In this document: in pieces, positions 26,391-38,753 of the stretch
How the letters are laid out: every line of letters begins with the position of its first letter
How positions within the stretch are numbered: the stretch's first letter is position 1
Origin: Lama glama
Taxonomy: Eukaryota
NCBI GenBank assembly: GCA_028534125.1
Contig: CM052820.1
Span: 66,526,001 to 66,590,000 of the forward strand
Reading direction: 5' to 3'
DNA: 64,000 nucleotides
The notes under the pieces: generated by a model
The model's input: the letters and a program-made list of their open reading frames with translations, nothing else
What the model was told of the DNA's origin: nothing
The model's database searches: none
Position numbers and translations under genes: made by a program

Positions 26391-28483
26391 AGACCCTGAT
26401 CTAACCCATCCTCTCAATTCAGTTTTATTTCTAATCGGTGTGGGCAGTATTTTCACTAGCTGTATTTAAGGGAGAACGGGAGAAGTCCACTTCCCAGCCT
26501 GCTCAGTGAGAAATACCCTCACTGTTTCAGTATAAAAGGAAAGCACAACTAGGACTGACTTGAAGTCAGACCAAAGGAAAACTAATTAATACCAGACCTG
26601 TTTCTTGATGGAGGTTTTGATAGAGGTGTGTTTTAAGGAACAGGAAGGTCTGAGTTACTCAAGTGCAGACTGAAAAGGAAGTGAGCACAATAAATGGACG
26701 CAGAGGGCTGAGAGGGCTGGACAGAGAGAAAACTGATAAATCACCTACGTCATAAACAAGACTAAGCTCTGCTCCTTGGAAATGTACTAAACCCAATAGT
26801 TGTCTGACAATCGACTTAATTTGCAAAGGACCATGCAGATTGTGTTGATGTTAATTTTTTTTAAAAAATGCAAATGACAATACTTCAGCAGAACAAATTA
26901 TGAATAGAGACAGCTCTGGTGAATTCACTAGCACATAGAAAAAAGTTTAAATGTCAGATTTGATCATAACCATGTGAGTCAAGTTTAACCTTGACTGTGT
27001 CTATACAAGTGGTATCAAGAGATGTTTTGGAGGAGAATCAAGTCAGTATCCCAGATGAGGCTGATACTAATGTAAATGGCATCACTGAACATCAGTAAAT
27101 AGTCAAGTTTTAAAAATCATAAAGATAATAAATGGGTATGTTAGTATTTTGACTTTGTCCTTTATGTCCCTCCTTATTCTACCACTCTAACCAGTGAATT
27201 TTGTCGAAATTTTTGCCTTCTTTAGTGTATCTGTTAGCAGTATAGTCAGCAGGGGAGGTGTGGGTAATGCATTAAGAATCTTACTGAAAGAAGAAACTCC
27301 CAGAACACAGTCTAGAATCCAGCCCTTGACTCCAGACACTCACTGGTTTTAGGAACTCCCTTATTTTATCTAATCTCATCTACCACTGATTGCAACACAT
27401 TTCCCAATTTCAGAAATATTAAAAAGTGAAAAAAATGTGTACCTTAGAATTGAAAATACATGAAACTCTTCAAAAACTAAAACACACAAACAAATTGCCT
27501 CCTGAGGTTTTAAAGGTGTTTATCAAAGAAACTCTAAGTCTGGCAAATAAAAGTCTGGGGGACCGGCCCATTCCCAAATTAGTTCCCAGGGCACTGATAC
27601 CATGTGAGGATGCCATGAGCTGCTAACAGTTTGTCACAGCAGGAGAACCTTTGCTCTCTCGGGTGAGGCTATGGTAGACAATGGACAAGGGGCATCTCTC
27701 AGAGCAGATTCAGAGCAGCCAGGCCGGGGACCATGGGATCCTCGCTACCAGCAGAAAGAAGAGATCCTGCTATTCTAGCCCAACAGAATATGGTAGATGC
27801 CAATGACTCATGACCACTGGAAGTTGTTTCCCCTCCTCTTTTCTAAAGGTAGCCTTACTGAATTTATCCCCTTTATCCTCTTCCATTGTCCATGGAGGAA
27901 GTAATTGAAAATACCACCCAGCATTCAGTGAGTGAATCATGAAATCGCTGTATCTTTATCAAACTCAAAGCCAATACACATCCTTCAAGGATTCTGAACT
28001 TGGACCTGGGATGCAGTAAAAGAATGAGATTTGAGTTTGCATCTCTTTTGGAAGGGGTAAACATGTTTGTAGTATACAGGAGGGTTGCAGTATTTTAGGC
28101 AAGGACGTCACAAAATTGTTCATATATAAAGAGCATATGGAGAGGAAAAAAAAGGCCACAGTAGTAATTTATGAATATACATCTATTATTGCTATTTGGG
28201 GAAAAATCCAGCCTTCACTATAGGAATTATCTCTGTGCCATTTCATTTTGATATATATCTTCTAGGATTGCTAGCTGTAAGATCTCCAGTGCTGGAGGGC
28301 ATTTGCCATCACGTGGAAACAGCTTGCCTAAAATGAATCCACCATAGAAGAGAGTAAATCCTGGAGAGGGGTGGGAGAGAGTAAAACGTGTGTGGGGGGA
28401 CAGGGAAAGGGCAGAAAGAGGAGAGAAGAGGGAAAAATAAGGTCAGAATCCCTAGAAACATTAGAAATTACAGAATAAAGTTC

Positions 28484-28691
28484 TTTTCTTACTGAAGTAT
28501 AGTCAGTTTACAATGTTGTGTCAATTTCTGGTGTACAGCACAGTGTTTCAGTCATATATATACATACATATATTACTTTTCATATTCTTTTTCATTATAG
28601 GTTACTACAAGATATTGAATATAGTTCCCTGTGTTATGCAGTATAAACTTCTTTATTTTATATGTAGTAGTTAGTATTAGCTTGAGATTTG
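28484..28691 (-). mobile_element. Young L1 3' end inserted into an older MaLR/ERVL LTR remnant
   Basis: 'actgaagtatagtcagtttacaatgttgtgtcaatttctggtgtacagca...gaatatagttccctgtg'. TSD cagaataaagttc (28471-28483) / cagaagaaagttc (28692-28704). The flanks (about 28260-28750) are LTR-like and end 'ctcattgataca'. Confidence 0.85.
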
Positions 28692-29049
28692 CAGAAGAAA
28701 GTTCAGAGTCAGTTTTCTGTCACTGTCCATTGAAAGATGCCTCATTGATACAGAATGAATTGTCTTGATTCAAATGCCACAATAGTTTTGCAAAGATGGG
28801 GTCAAATAAAAAAAAAACTGTTATGGACTCACTGTCATTAGATCAGTGAATGTGGAAAGAGAAAGCAGATCTTGTATCTTACTTTTATAGAAAAGTCGAA
28901 TCTGAACGTAACACAGTACACAACCAGGAAACAGCCTCCTCGTGAGGTCATGTCAAATAGTCATAATAGTGAACACTTGTTGAATTCTTACGATGTGCTA
29001 TTTTACATCATTAATGGCATCAATTATACACCATTAATGATATATTTAT

Positions 29050-29225
29050 ACTAAATCCTTCCATCCTATCAACAACCAAACTAAGTAGTTTCACTGACTC
29101 CATTGTACAGACAAAAAACCTGAGGCTTAGAGAAGAGAAACAATGTGCCCCAGGTCACACAGCCAGCTGGGAACAGAAGCCAGGCTCTTTGTCCTTACTC
29201 ATCCATTCCCTTAACCGCCATACTC
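29050..29225 (-). mobile_element. MIR SINE
   Basis: 'ccattgtacagacaaaaaacctgaggcttagaga...tgtgccccaggtcacacagccag' is the reverse-strand MIR core. Confidence 0.75.
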
Positions 29226-29619
29226 AATCTGGGACAAGTGTAGCACTTCCCAAATACCAATGGGATTCCTGTATTTATCTTCATCTCCTGTCCAAGTCCA
29301 GAATGAGAGAAAAAGTGCTTTCCCTCTGCCAACAATACCACTAACATCATTACATTGGCATTATTCAGCAAATTGCTCTGACTTAGTAAGCATGGGGAAA
29401 ACTCCCTGTCTAATAAACCTTAGGGGCGGTTTTCCAACAAACACAAATTCAACCAGAAATAGACCCCAAAATTCAAAAGTAGTACAAGAGGTGAAATTTA
29501 TTATTATGAATTCTACCTCAAGATTTATTTCAAGACCCGACCAGCTGTATTTCAGCGTTGGACAACAGAGCAGAAGCTAATTAGCCTGGCTGTTACTCAG
29601 CATTGATGCTCAGACTTAC

Positions 29620-29748
29620 CCTACTTGAGTCCTTGCGGCGGGACACCATTTCAGAAAGCTGCGTGTTCAAAGGAATGTTGCTTCTGCAAACAGCATTCTC
29701 AATGTCAAAGGATAAAGCATCACGGTTGTGGGGAAAGTTGTTGTACAT
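29620..29748 (-). CDS. Candidate coding exon (alternative first or internal) of an unidentified minus-strand gene; MYNNFPHNRDALSFDIENAVCRSNIPLNTQLSEMVSRRKDSSR
   Basis: 129 nt = 43 codons, open in only one of three frames. Ends at a consensus donor AGG|GTAAGT (phase 0) and is preceded by ttttcctggtag|ATG. A second ATG is in good Kozak context (gaaATGG). CpGs retained, non-repetitive. Missed by the ORF track because it is under 60 aa. Confidence 0.5.
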
Positions 29749-29749
29749 C

Positions 29750-30650
29750 TACCAGGAAAATATTCATCAGCTACACAGTTGGTCATTCCCTTTGCCTTGG
29801 GCTATTTGGACATACGTATTAAAATACCCACAAGATCTCCAATCTTAATTACAAAGCTCGAGAAAAAAATGTCCAGCGAAAGTTCATTTCAGGTATAAAA
29901 TAAGAACCTCTTTTTAACTCCTTTGCCTCAAGATTTACATAAACGTGAGGGCAAAGAAATCAAATGATAAAAACAAAAAAACCAAACAGACACTAGAGAT
30001 TAGAAATGAAAAGTAAACCAGCCGCGTGCTAGTTTCTTGCTGCAAGTTCCAGCGGATACCAAAATCAATGCGACTGAGAGAAGATGTAGCGTGGAGAGAA
30101 AATCTCCCAGGATAATCAAGGGATATATTTCCAAGTCTATTTTCCCCCACAGAACTGTTTTGTTTTCTCACATCAATGAGCTAGAATAAAATGTGGATCC
30201 CATGATCAAGCTGGCAGAAGTCATGCTCCCTANNNNNNNNNNNNNNNNNNNNNNNNNNNNNNNNNNNNNNNNNNNNNNNNNNNNNNNNNNNNNNNNNNNN
30301 NNNNNNNNNNNNNNNNNNNNNNNNNNNNNNNNNNNNNNNNNNNNNNNNNNNNNNNNNNNNNNNNNNNNNNNNNNNNNNNNNNNNNNNNNGAAANNNNNNN
30401 NNNNNNNNNNNNNNNNNNNNNNNNNNNNNNNNNNNNNNNNNNNNNNNNNNNNNNNNNNNNNNNNNNNNNNNNNNNNNNNNNNNNNNNNNNNNNNNNNNNN
30501 NNNNNNNNNNNNNNNNNNNNNNNNNNNNNNNNNNNNNNNNNNNNNNNAAACGGCTCAGGCCCTCTGCCTTCCAGCCTTCAGAGTCAAATCAGCGTTTCAT
30601 ACTTTCCACATTCTGCCTCTGAAAAGTGGGCCAGTCCCTGACTTCTCTTA
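29750..30650 (-). promoter_or_regulatory. Candidate internal promoter / 5'UTR upstream of the 29620-29748 exon
   Basis: Unique sequence with several retained CpGs (29943-30093) and two adjacent masked blocks (30233-30389, 30394-30547). Confidence 0.35.
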
Positions 30651-30786
30651 GTTTCTCACAGTTTTTGTTTATTTTAAGAGATTCTCTGCTGAACTCTAGG
30701 GAAGGGAGGGAAAAAAAAAAGGAGAGAGAGTGAGGAATCTGTTATGTTGTAAGCAATTACTGGCTCCATCTCTTAGATCTTCAGTA

Positions 30787-30915
30787 TCACAGGAATTAGA
30801 GATGGAAAAGACCCATTAGGTCATCCTGTACACCCTGTGCCAGCACAGCACTGTTCCCTACTGTAGATTATCTCTTCTGAGAGTTTTTCGTATGTTTAAA
30901 GGGTAGCCAATGATA
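30787..30915 (-). mobile_element. CR1/L3-type LINE 3' end fragment
   Basis: 'tcacaggaattagagatggaaaagacccattaggtcatcctgtacaccctgtgccagcacagcactgttccctac' resembles the reverse complement of the amniote CR1/L3 3' terminus. Confidence 0.6.
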
Positions 30916-31929
30916 ACATGGTTTCATTTTATTTCTTTTGCTGCTTTGTTCCGTCCAGTCTTCAACATGCCATTTCTATGGATGGGTCTAGGGTGACTTC
31001 TCAAAGGACATTTGACTGCCCACAAAGAATTAAAACAACATTTGCGCTAGCCAACAACTATGTTCCATACGTTCAGTGCGGAAGCATCCATAAAAACAGG
31101 TTCTAAAGAGCCAACAGTTAGTTCCAGGGATGGAAATGTTACATATAAAACAATTTTACATAGACATATTCTATATATCCAGTACATTATTCCACAAATA
31201 TAACTGTGTGAGTGTACATATATGTTCACAGAAAGTGCATACAAATACTCATCATTACCCCAGAGTGTTTGTTTCCTAAAAGTTGTGCCAAATGCTGCAT
31301 AATTCACGAAAATGTGATCCAAAATATTTAAGGTTATGTTTCTCACAATTTTCTTATCTCTCTTAAGTCACACATTTTAAATGTCAACTCACAGAGAGAA
31401 ATATTTAATCTCAAAAATACTCCTCCACTGGGAAACTCTTTTAACTCTTCCTTAAGTAGTTTTGGTTTTTCCTTCTTTGTTCTTCTCCTAAGATAATCGA
31501 GTGTCTTGCTTTCCCTTTTACCTGCCAGCCTAGGTATCCCTACCTAATAGCCGACCAGTCTCATCCCTCGGGAGAAGAAATACAATGTGAGGGAAACCGA
31601 GCAGTAAGGATGAACACCCTGTGTGTTCTTAAACGGCTACCATCTCACCTACTGCTCTTGGAGGCTAATTGCAGGCAATCAAATTAGTATTACTATTTGA
31701 AAGCACATCATTTTGTGCTGGGATCAGAATCAACACTGATAGTATATGATCTAACAAAAAATACATATTCTCAGTTATACAGTATTTTCTAGGTGTAATG
31801 CAGGCTATATATTCATTTTTAATATGTTCTATCTGCTGGCCCATCTTTGATTTGTGTGGTAGAGAAAAATGACTTCTCACTGCTCTGCGAGGAGGCAGGA
31901 TAGTTGAGTAATCAAGAGTCTGGAGTATG

Positions 31930-32032
31930 TTAGCTATCTTGATTGTGGTGGTTTCAATGGTGTATACATCTATCAAAATTCACCAAAGTGTGCATCTGAA
32001 ATATGGGTAAAGTTTAAAAAAATCCAAAAAAA
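31930..32032 (+). mobile_element. Short retroposed insert of old L1M 3'UTR-like sequence with poly(A) and 16-bp TSD
   Basis: 'tatcttgattgtggtggtttcaatggtgtatacatctatcaaaattcaccaaagtgtgcatctgaaatatg', then an A-rich tail. TSD aagagtctggagtatg (31914-31929) / aagtgtctggagtatg (32033-32048). Confidence 0.75.
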
Positions 32033-32486
32033 AAGTGTCTGGAGTATGGACCCTTTACAATTTTTTGTGATTGTGGGCACTACCAGTTACCTCTTATGTG
32101 ACTGGTGGCTTATATACTACTCCTCAAGAAAAAGAGTCCTATTTACCCTCAATACAAATGTATGTCATAGAGCGGTTCAATTTACTGTGTCGCTTAAAGA
32201 GTACAACAGAATTAGAGAACTTTAGAGGAAGAAAGTTTGGGCTCCAAAACCCATCGGGTTCTTCCTCACTCCTGCTGGGGAAGCCTCTGAGCTTATTCCT
32301 CCCTTGACAAGGGCCCTTCTCATGACTGGCTCCTAGGAATACTCCCTCCCTTCAAAGGTGTCCTCCCTGACCACTCTGGCTAATGGGGACCCCCCACTAA
32401 GCCTCTTACAGAACCCTGCTTGTTTAGCGCTGATCAGAATCAATTATTGCATTGTTCATTTACGGTTTAGCCCGCTCCCTAAAGAG

Positions 32487-32740
32487 TGGCATGGTGTTAG
32501 GGTTAAGGGCATGGGCGCGAAAACCATCACCCCTGGCTTAAATTCCTGCTCTGCCACTTATCAGCTCCTTCTCTTTGGCAAGTTACTCGTACTCTCTCTC
32601 TTAGCTGTAAATGGTTGGAAAACAGTAGTTTCCACTCACGGGCTTGTTGTGAGGAGTGAGTGAGTAAAAACATGTAAAGCCCTTGGTAACTAACATGTGT
32701 GCTCCCCATAAACAACAGGTGCTAGTGTGTTAGTATTATC
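32487..32740 (+). mobile_element. MIR SINE nested in an L2 3' end (about 32290-32830)
   Basis: 'gcatggtgttagggttaagggcatggg...ctctgccacttatcagc...ttggcaagttactc...ttgttgtgaggagtgagtgag'. The L2 tail 'ggcactcaataaatgtg...gaatggatg' follows. Confidence 0.8.
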
Positions 32741-35700
32741 TCCCTTTGCGTTTCAAAGCCTAGCCTAATGCTGGGACATGATTGGCACTCAATAAATGTG
32801 TACTAAAGAAATGAAAGAATGGATGTTCATGGAAACTTCCAACAATGGGAGATGTTGCTCTTTGAGGTCATATATATGCCTGTCAGTCAACCGAATTGCT
32901 GAAAGAAATTTTAGGAAGATTTCAGAAGTCATTTTATAACTGTGTAGGGGAGGCAGCTAGCTAATGACTAAGATTTCTTCCAACTGGAAGATTCTAACAC
33001 TGATCTGAGGTCGTGCTCTTATGGCCTCCCCTCTTTGGGCCCTGCTTTTCTCAAAGGTAAAGAAAAGGTTTCTGACTAGATAATCTCCAGGGTCCACCCT
33101 ATTCTGACATGCTACAATTCTTCATTTAAGCCAGCTAAATCTGTTACCCCTCTATTTTTCCTGCAGAAATTCCCATCAAAGAGTTTTCCATCCGACAACT
33201 GAAGTCACTTGGTTCAAATGGCACCTAGGACAGAGTTATTCTACCCCAGGGTCAGGGAGCCCTAACAACTGGTGACTGTGCTGCAGTCACCGCCACTTGG
33301 TGACAGGAACATAAACAGTCCATTTCCCATGCCTCCTCTTTCCACTACTACATTCTCTTTCACTTCCCACCTTCCACAGCAATACAGCCTTGCCTTATGC
33401 ATCGCTGAAGCAGAGGAATTCCACCCACGCAGCACTGCAGAAGTTAGAGCCAGAAAACCCCTATTAGGTCATGCAAGCCACACCCCTTCCAGAGCAGGAA
33501 CAGCCTCTCCAGCTGACATTTCAGCTCTCCTTCTGGCTCCAAAATGTGGCTGTGCTTTAGTGATTCCTAGATATGGTTTGAATAACAGTTTATAAGCATT
33601 CTGGGATCCTTTGAAAATAAAGTCTCCGTATAAAGTTATATTGCTATTTTGTTTACTATAAAGTGGTTTTGTTGTTGTTGTTTCTGTTAATCTTCCTGGG
33701 AATAGCCACAGGAAGATTTCTCAAAGAATAAGTTGTACCAACAAGCCTTTAACCTGATTTTGATCAAATATGATAGTCAGCCATTAAGAACCTAGCTGAG
33801 TAAAGCCCTGACTGCCCTGCTGTAAATGTACAATTAAAAAAAAAGTTTTGAAAACAACTAAAATATTATTTAAAGTATTATGTGTTAATTACTGCTAATA
33901 TATTTGCTCACGTTTTCCTAAGTTAAAGTATATATTTATTTATTGCCAATATAAATTCTGCTTATTTTTTTAATCATTTAACAATGCTTTATTGCCTTTG
34001 GGTATGAAGACTCATTACTGTTAATTTGTTAAATGTTCAACATTTTAAAAAATCTGTTTGCTTATTTCATTGCTGAACATACAAATCCAACTTAACATTA
34101 TTCCAAGTGACAAGAAAGCCAACTGATTAGCACAAATATCAAATACCACTGGGGACTCAAACCAAATCCTTGGCTACCATCCAGCCACTCCTCTGGCTCA
34201 AAGACAATTTCATTATTTCTCTGTTAGGATCAGAACGTAAGAGTGGGGAACAAAGTCCTAGACGACACAGTAAGTAGCACTTTGCATACTACATAAGGCT
34301 TTCATCTGTTAAAGAGCTTAAGGCAAATAACCTAGGATAATATTTCTTTTTACCATACACACAAACAAATCCAGCATCATTGCACCCATTTTACAAAGGT
34401 GAAAGCTTGATTGTAGAGAAACAGCACCACTGGTCATTGTTACCCAATGTGACAGCCAGAGAAGAGCCAAAATCTGTCTCTTACGTGCTAACACATCTTC
34501 ATGTCCAAAAGACCACATTTTCTTAATGAATCACCAGTAACAGGAGCTAGAAAGCACTCCACAAAATGCAAAACACTATTGAAATGTATGGTAGGCATAA
34601 CGTTCTGAACTTGGATAATTTGCCTTTTCCATCTAAAACTATATTAAAAAGAAGAATTATTACAAGGAGCAGTACTAGACTCAATAGATTATTAAGGAGT
34701 TGCTGTTATTTAAGATAATACAATAGGTTTCATATTTATCAATGTTTCCTAAACTAAGGATAATTTCCTGATTTTACAAAGGCTACTATTCAGGTTGGAA
34801 AGCTCTGGGTAACTGCTGTTCATTCTAACACACAAATAGTAATACAAAGGGACCCAATTCTGGGCCAGAGTTGGGAATAAGCCTCAACTTTCGAAACCTT
34901 TCAGTGAAACAAAGCCCAGAGAGGGGTAGAGACAGATCCACACCACTGAGAGATTTCAAATTTCAAGTTTTCAACAAAACTAGAACAAGTTTTCCAAATA
35001 TCAAACCAAAAGAAGGGCATAAAGGGTAAATAGCTATTGAGGAGATCATTGGGAACACAATTTTTGCATCAGGTTAGGAGAACATAGGCTGGGTATAAAC
35101 TAGCAGAAATTAGTTGAAGGTTATAGTGACCACGGGGCTAAGTGAACAAAAGGAATACAATAGTTCAGTAGTTTTACAACCTAAAAGGTAAGTAAATGAA
35201 TCAGTGTGGAAGGGCGTCAAAATTTCCCTAAAAGAAAGCTTTCTACATAGAAATGCAGTAATTGAAGGCAATATAAAAACACCAGCGTTTATGCCATTTT
35301 CACCAAGATATCTATTTTTCCATTTACACATCTGCCCATTTAAACATAGACACCACCTCATGGTGGAAAACACCCTGAATCTAGAATTTTTCACTTTAGG
35401 GACTAATAGGAACAGCCAACAAGTCTCACTTCAAGTTCATTTGGAGTGGTGATGACCACAGGAAGGCTGCTCAGATCCCTGTACTGAGAATTCGGAGGCC
35501 TCACACTAGTTCAGCGGGAAGAGTCTGTATTCAATTATTGCTGCCTGTCATGGCCGTGCGAGGGCAAAATCCAAGCCCACCTGCCACTTGCTTTTCTGAT
35601 CCAGTCCAACTCTCTTCACTTACAGTGGAGGAATCTGAGGCATAAGGGCTTTACATTTATGAATAAAGAGCTGGAGTGACTGCCTAAGGGTAGACTGATA

Positions 35701-37149
35701 TCAGGTTGTTGTTCTTTGTGGAATGCAAGTATCCTGCTGTCAAGTTCCCTGCCCTTTCTTTGTGCCATTTCATTCCAAACACTGATTGTTTGGAATTCAA
35801 CAAGATATAACTAATACACAGTTGTACTTCTATATTAATATAGTCTTAACGGATTCTACAAAAAAACCCATAATGCTTAAATGTCTTCTTAAATCTTTTC
35901 AAGCTCCTAATTTCTATCTTTCTGGAAAAAAAAAAGTTCTTACTAAAACTTAATTTCTCTAAGACTTAATCCAATAAGTGTACTGCTTTTCCTAGGCTTC
36001 ATCCTTTAGCCTTCTTTCTCCCTGTATAGAGAAGTTATAAATCTAACTGACTTAATCCCATTCAGTGTGATGCTAAAACTAGTAATGAAGTGTGGAGGAA
36101 CCATTAATATACCAACTTTCTCTAAAACGCACCCCAAGGTGCCCTTGAGTAATCTCAAATTACTAGCCATATTCCCTCAAAGCTTACAGCAAGCAGCATG
36201 GAATATCCATTGGCCCAGCATTTACATTCTATAACCACTACCAATATAGAATTACCTTTTAGAAATCCAAATGAAATGTTCCACGTAAGCATTTAGTTCT
36301 TGCAATTGTAATAACTGAATATCTAATATCCCTACTAACATAAAATAATCCAGCACTAATAGGTGGTGTTCTTCACTTCCATTTCCCCACGTCACTTAGG
36401 TTTTTCTTCACCTTGTGCTGGGATATATTTAAAACCTATCTGAGAGTACTGGCAAAGACCAGAAAGCAGAAGTCTCTACGAGAGGCTCCTGGTGAGGACA
36501 CAGGCGGCAGCCATGAAGACGGGTTGTCACGTGTGCCTCATGCACACTTGGAGCCTTCCACCATATTTCTCAGCACCCTCTGTATTACGTGTGCCCTGGA
36601 AAATCAGTGGCAAGTCTCTATTATGTGAACCTTCCTCTGAAAATCCTTTGCTGCAGACAACCCTTTTTAAAAAAAATAGCAAGGGATAGGGTAGTCACAG
36701 GGCATATTTTATGACTTTAACTGCTTCGCATCTCCAGCTGCCCATTGAAGAGAGATTTTGGCTCAGGTTTACCTATCATGGCAGCATGGGCCCATGGGGA
36801 CCCATGGAAGGTAATGAGGGGCTCCATTAACCAGTTTCATTATTTCAGAAGGCCTAAGGGAATAACACACTCACCAATAATAAGGCTGCTACANNNNNNN
36901 NNNNNNNNNNNNNNNNNNNNNNNNNNNNNNNNNNNNNNNNNNNNNNNNNNNNNNNNNNNNNNNNNNNNNNNNNNNNNNNNNNNNNNNNNNNNNNNNNNNN
37001 NNNNNNNNNNNNNNNNNNNNNNNNNNNNNNNNNNNNNNNNNNNNNNNNNNNNNNNNNNNNNNNNNAAACACACAGTCCCAGATGTAGAAGATAATCGGAG
37101 AAGACTAATTTATCTTAAGGGCTTAGTGTCAATCTAATAACTTTAGTAA

Positions 37150-37420
37150 TGGTGGTGATGACAACGCAATAGCTAAAACTTACGCGGCTTTTTACTAAGT
37201 GCCGGGCGCTGTTCTAAGCATTATACGTACATTCATTTATTCAGTCATCCCAACAACCATATGAGGTGGATACAATTATTGGCCCAAAGCAGGGTTATAA
37301 AATAAGATGTGAGAAAAGGGAGACAGAGGGCCATCAAGTGACATGCCCACAGTCATACAGATAGTAAGAGCTGAAGCAAGAATTTGAACCCAGGCAGTGT
37401 GGCCTTAGAACCCAGGCTCT
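37150..37420 (-). mobile_element. MIR SINE
   Basis: 'aatagctaaaacttac...gtgccgggcgctgttctaagca...aacaaccatatgaggt...agtcatacagatagtaag...atttgaacccaggcagtgtggc'. Confidence 0.85.
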
Positions 37421-38693
37421 CAATTCCTCCTTTCAGGAAATACTCTTGTTAAGGACTCATTTTTAATTGTAACAAAGACAATATAGCAGACTGGCTTTGT
37501 TATCTGTAAAAATAGGGGTAGTGATAGCAGTTTTCTTAAGAGTTGTTGACAAGATTTAAGAAGTTCATTTTTGGAAGATTCGAGACCAAAACTCAGCCCG
37601 AGATAAGTGCTGTTAGGTGTTTGCCAGTGTTAACGACAAGATTATTTAAACTACAAAGCTTTTTTTTTTTCTCCTCCTGAGCACTAATCAATATCCTGAG
37701 GCCAGCCTTCTTACCGGTGTTCAATATGGGTAACTTAAAAAAGACTTTGCTTTTGTCTAACTACCAACATGCAAGGACATCCAAATGGCTGCCTAAAAAC
37801 AAACCATTAACTCATATATTGGTGAAAGCTCAGTCCAACACTCCCTCTGCAATGGGAGGGGGATGGGAGGGGGATGGGGCACTTCGTGCTTGAGAAGAGG
37901 TGCCTGTGACGGGGACCTGAGCGCTGCCGCCAGGGACCTTGATGAGGTCTTCACTCTTTTCTACCTCTTCCCAAACACTCTGGTGAGGCTGGTAATTTAC
38001 CACTGAATCTGTGTGCCTAGAAACAAACTTTTAAACTCTAACATTCACCACATGATATGTACGTTCCTTGGACTAGCGTATCGTTGCATACTACTGCTCA
38101 GTTTTAATAAAACTATCCTTTGAAGCTCTGTTGTGGAGGAGAGCAATTCCACAGCAGCTTTGAAGTCTCCTCCCTTAAATAAAGGAAGGGGAAAAAGCCA
38201 TNNNNNNNNNNNNNNNNNNNNNNNNNNNNNNNNNNNNNNNNNNNNNNNNNNNNNNNNNNNNNNNNNNNNNNNNNNNNNNNNNNNNNNNNNNNNNNNNNNN
38301 NNNNNNNNNNNNNNNNNNNNNNNNNNNNNNNNNNNNNNNNNNNNNNNNNNNNNNNNNNNNNNNNNNNNNNNNNNNNNNNNNNNNNNNNNNNNNNNNNNNN
38401 NNNNNNNNNNNNNNNNNNNNNNNNNNNNNNNNNNNNNAAAGACAGGGTTNNNNNNNNNNNNNNNNNNNNNNNNNNNNNNNNNNNNNNNNNNNNNNNNNNN
38501 NNNNNNNNNNNNNNNNNNNNNNNNNNNNNNNNNNNNNNNNNNNNNNNNNNNNNNNNNNNNNNNNNNNNNNNNNNNNNNNNNNNNNNNNNNNNNNNNNNNN
38601 NNNNNNNNNNNNNNNNNNNNNNNNNNNNNNNNNNNNNNNNNNNNNNNNNNNNNNNNNNNNNNNNNNNNNNNNNNNNNCCAGCAGCCAGCATAC

Positions 38694-38753
38694 CTGAGTC
38701 CATCTAATGCCCTGTAGGATCGCAGGAAGATTTTCGGCTCTGTTCTGCTCCAT
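38694..38753 (-). CDS. Weak candidate alternative first coding exon; MEQNRAENLPAILQGIRWTQ
   Basis: aaaATGG Kozak context, 20 open codons and a phase-0 donor CAG|GTATGC. Lies 16 nt from about 470 nt of masked sequence. Confidence 0.25.

Noticed and set aside
37921-37940. CTCF-like gcgctgccgccagggacc
   Set aside because: Matches only the GCCGCCAGGG part and lacks the downstream GGC of the core motif.
38113-38753. 190+ aa ORFs spanning N-runs (also at 16981, 30193, 36745, 50270 and 55675)
   Set aside because: Their length is an artefact of Ns translating to X without stop codons.
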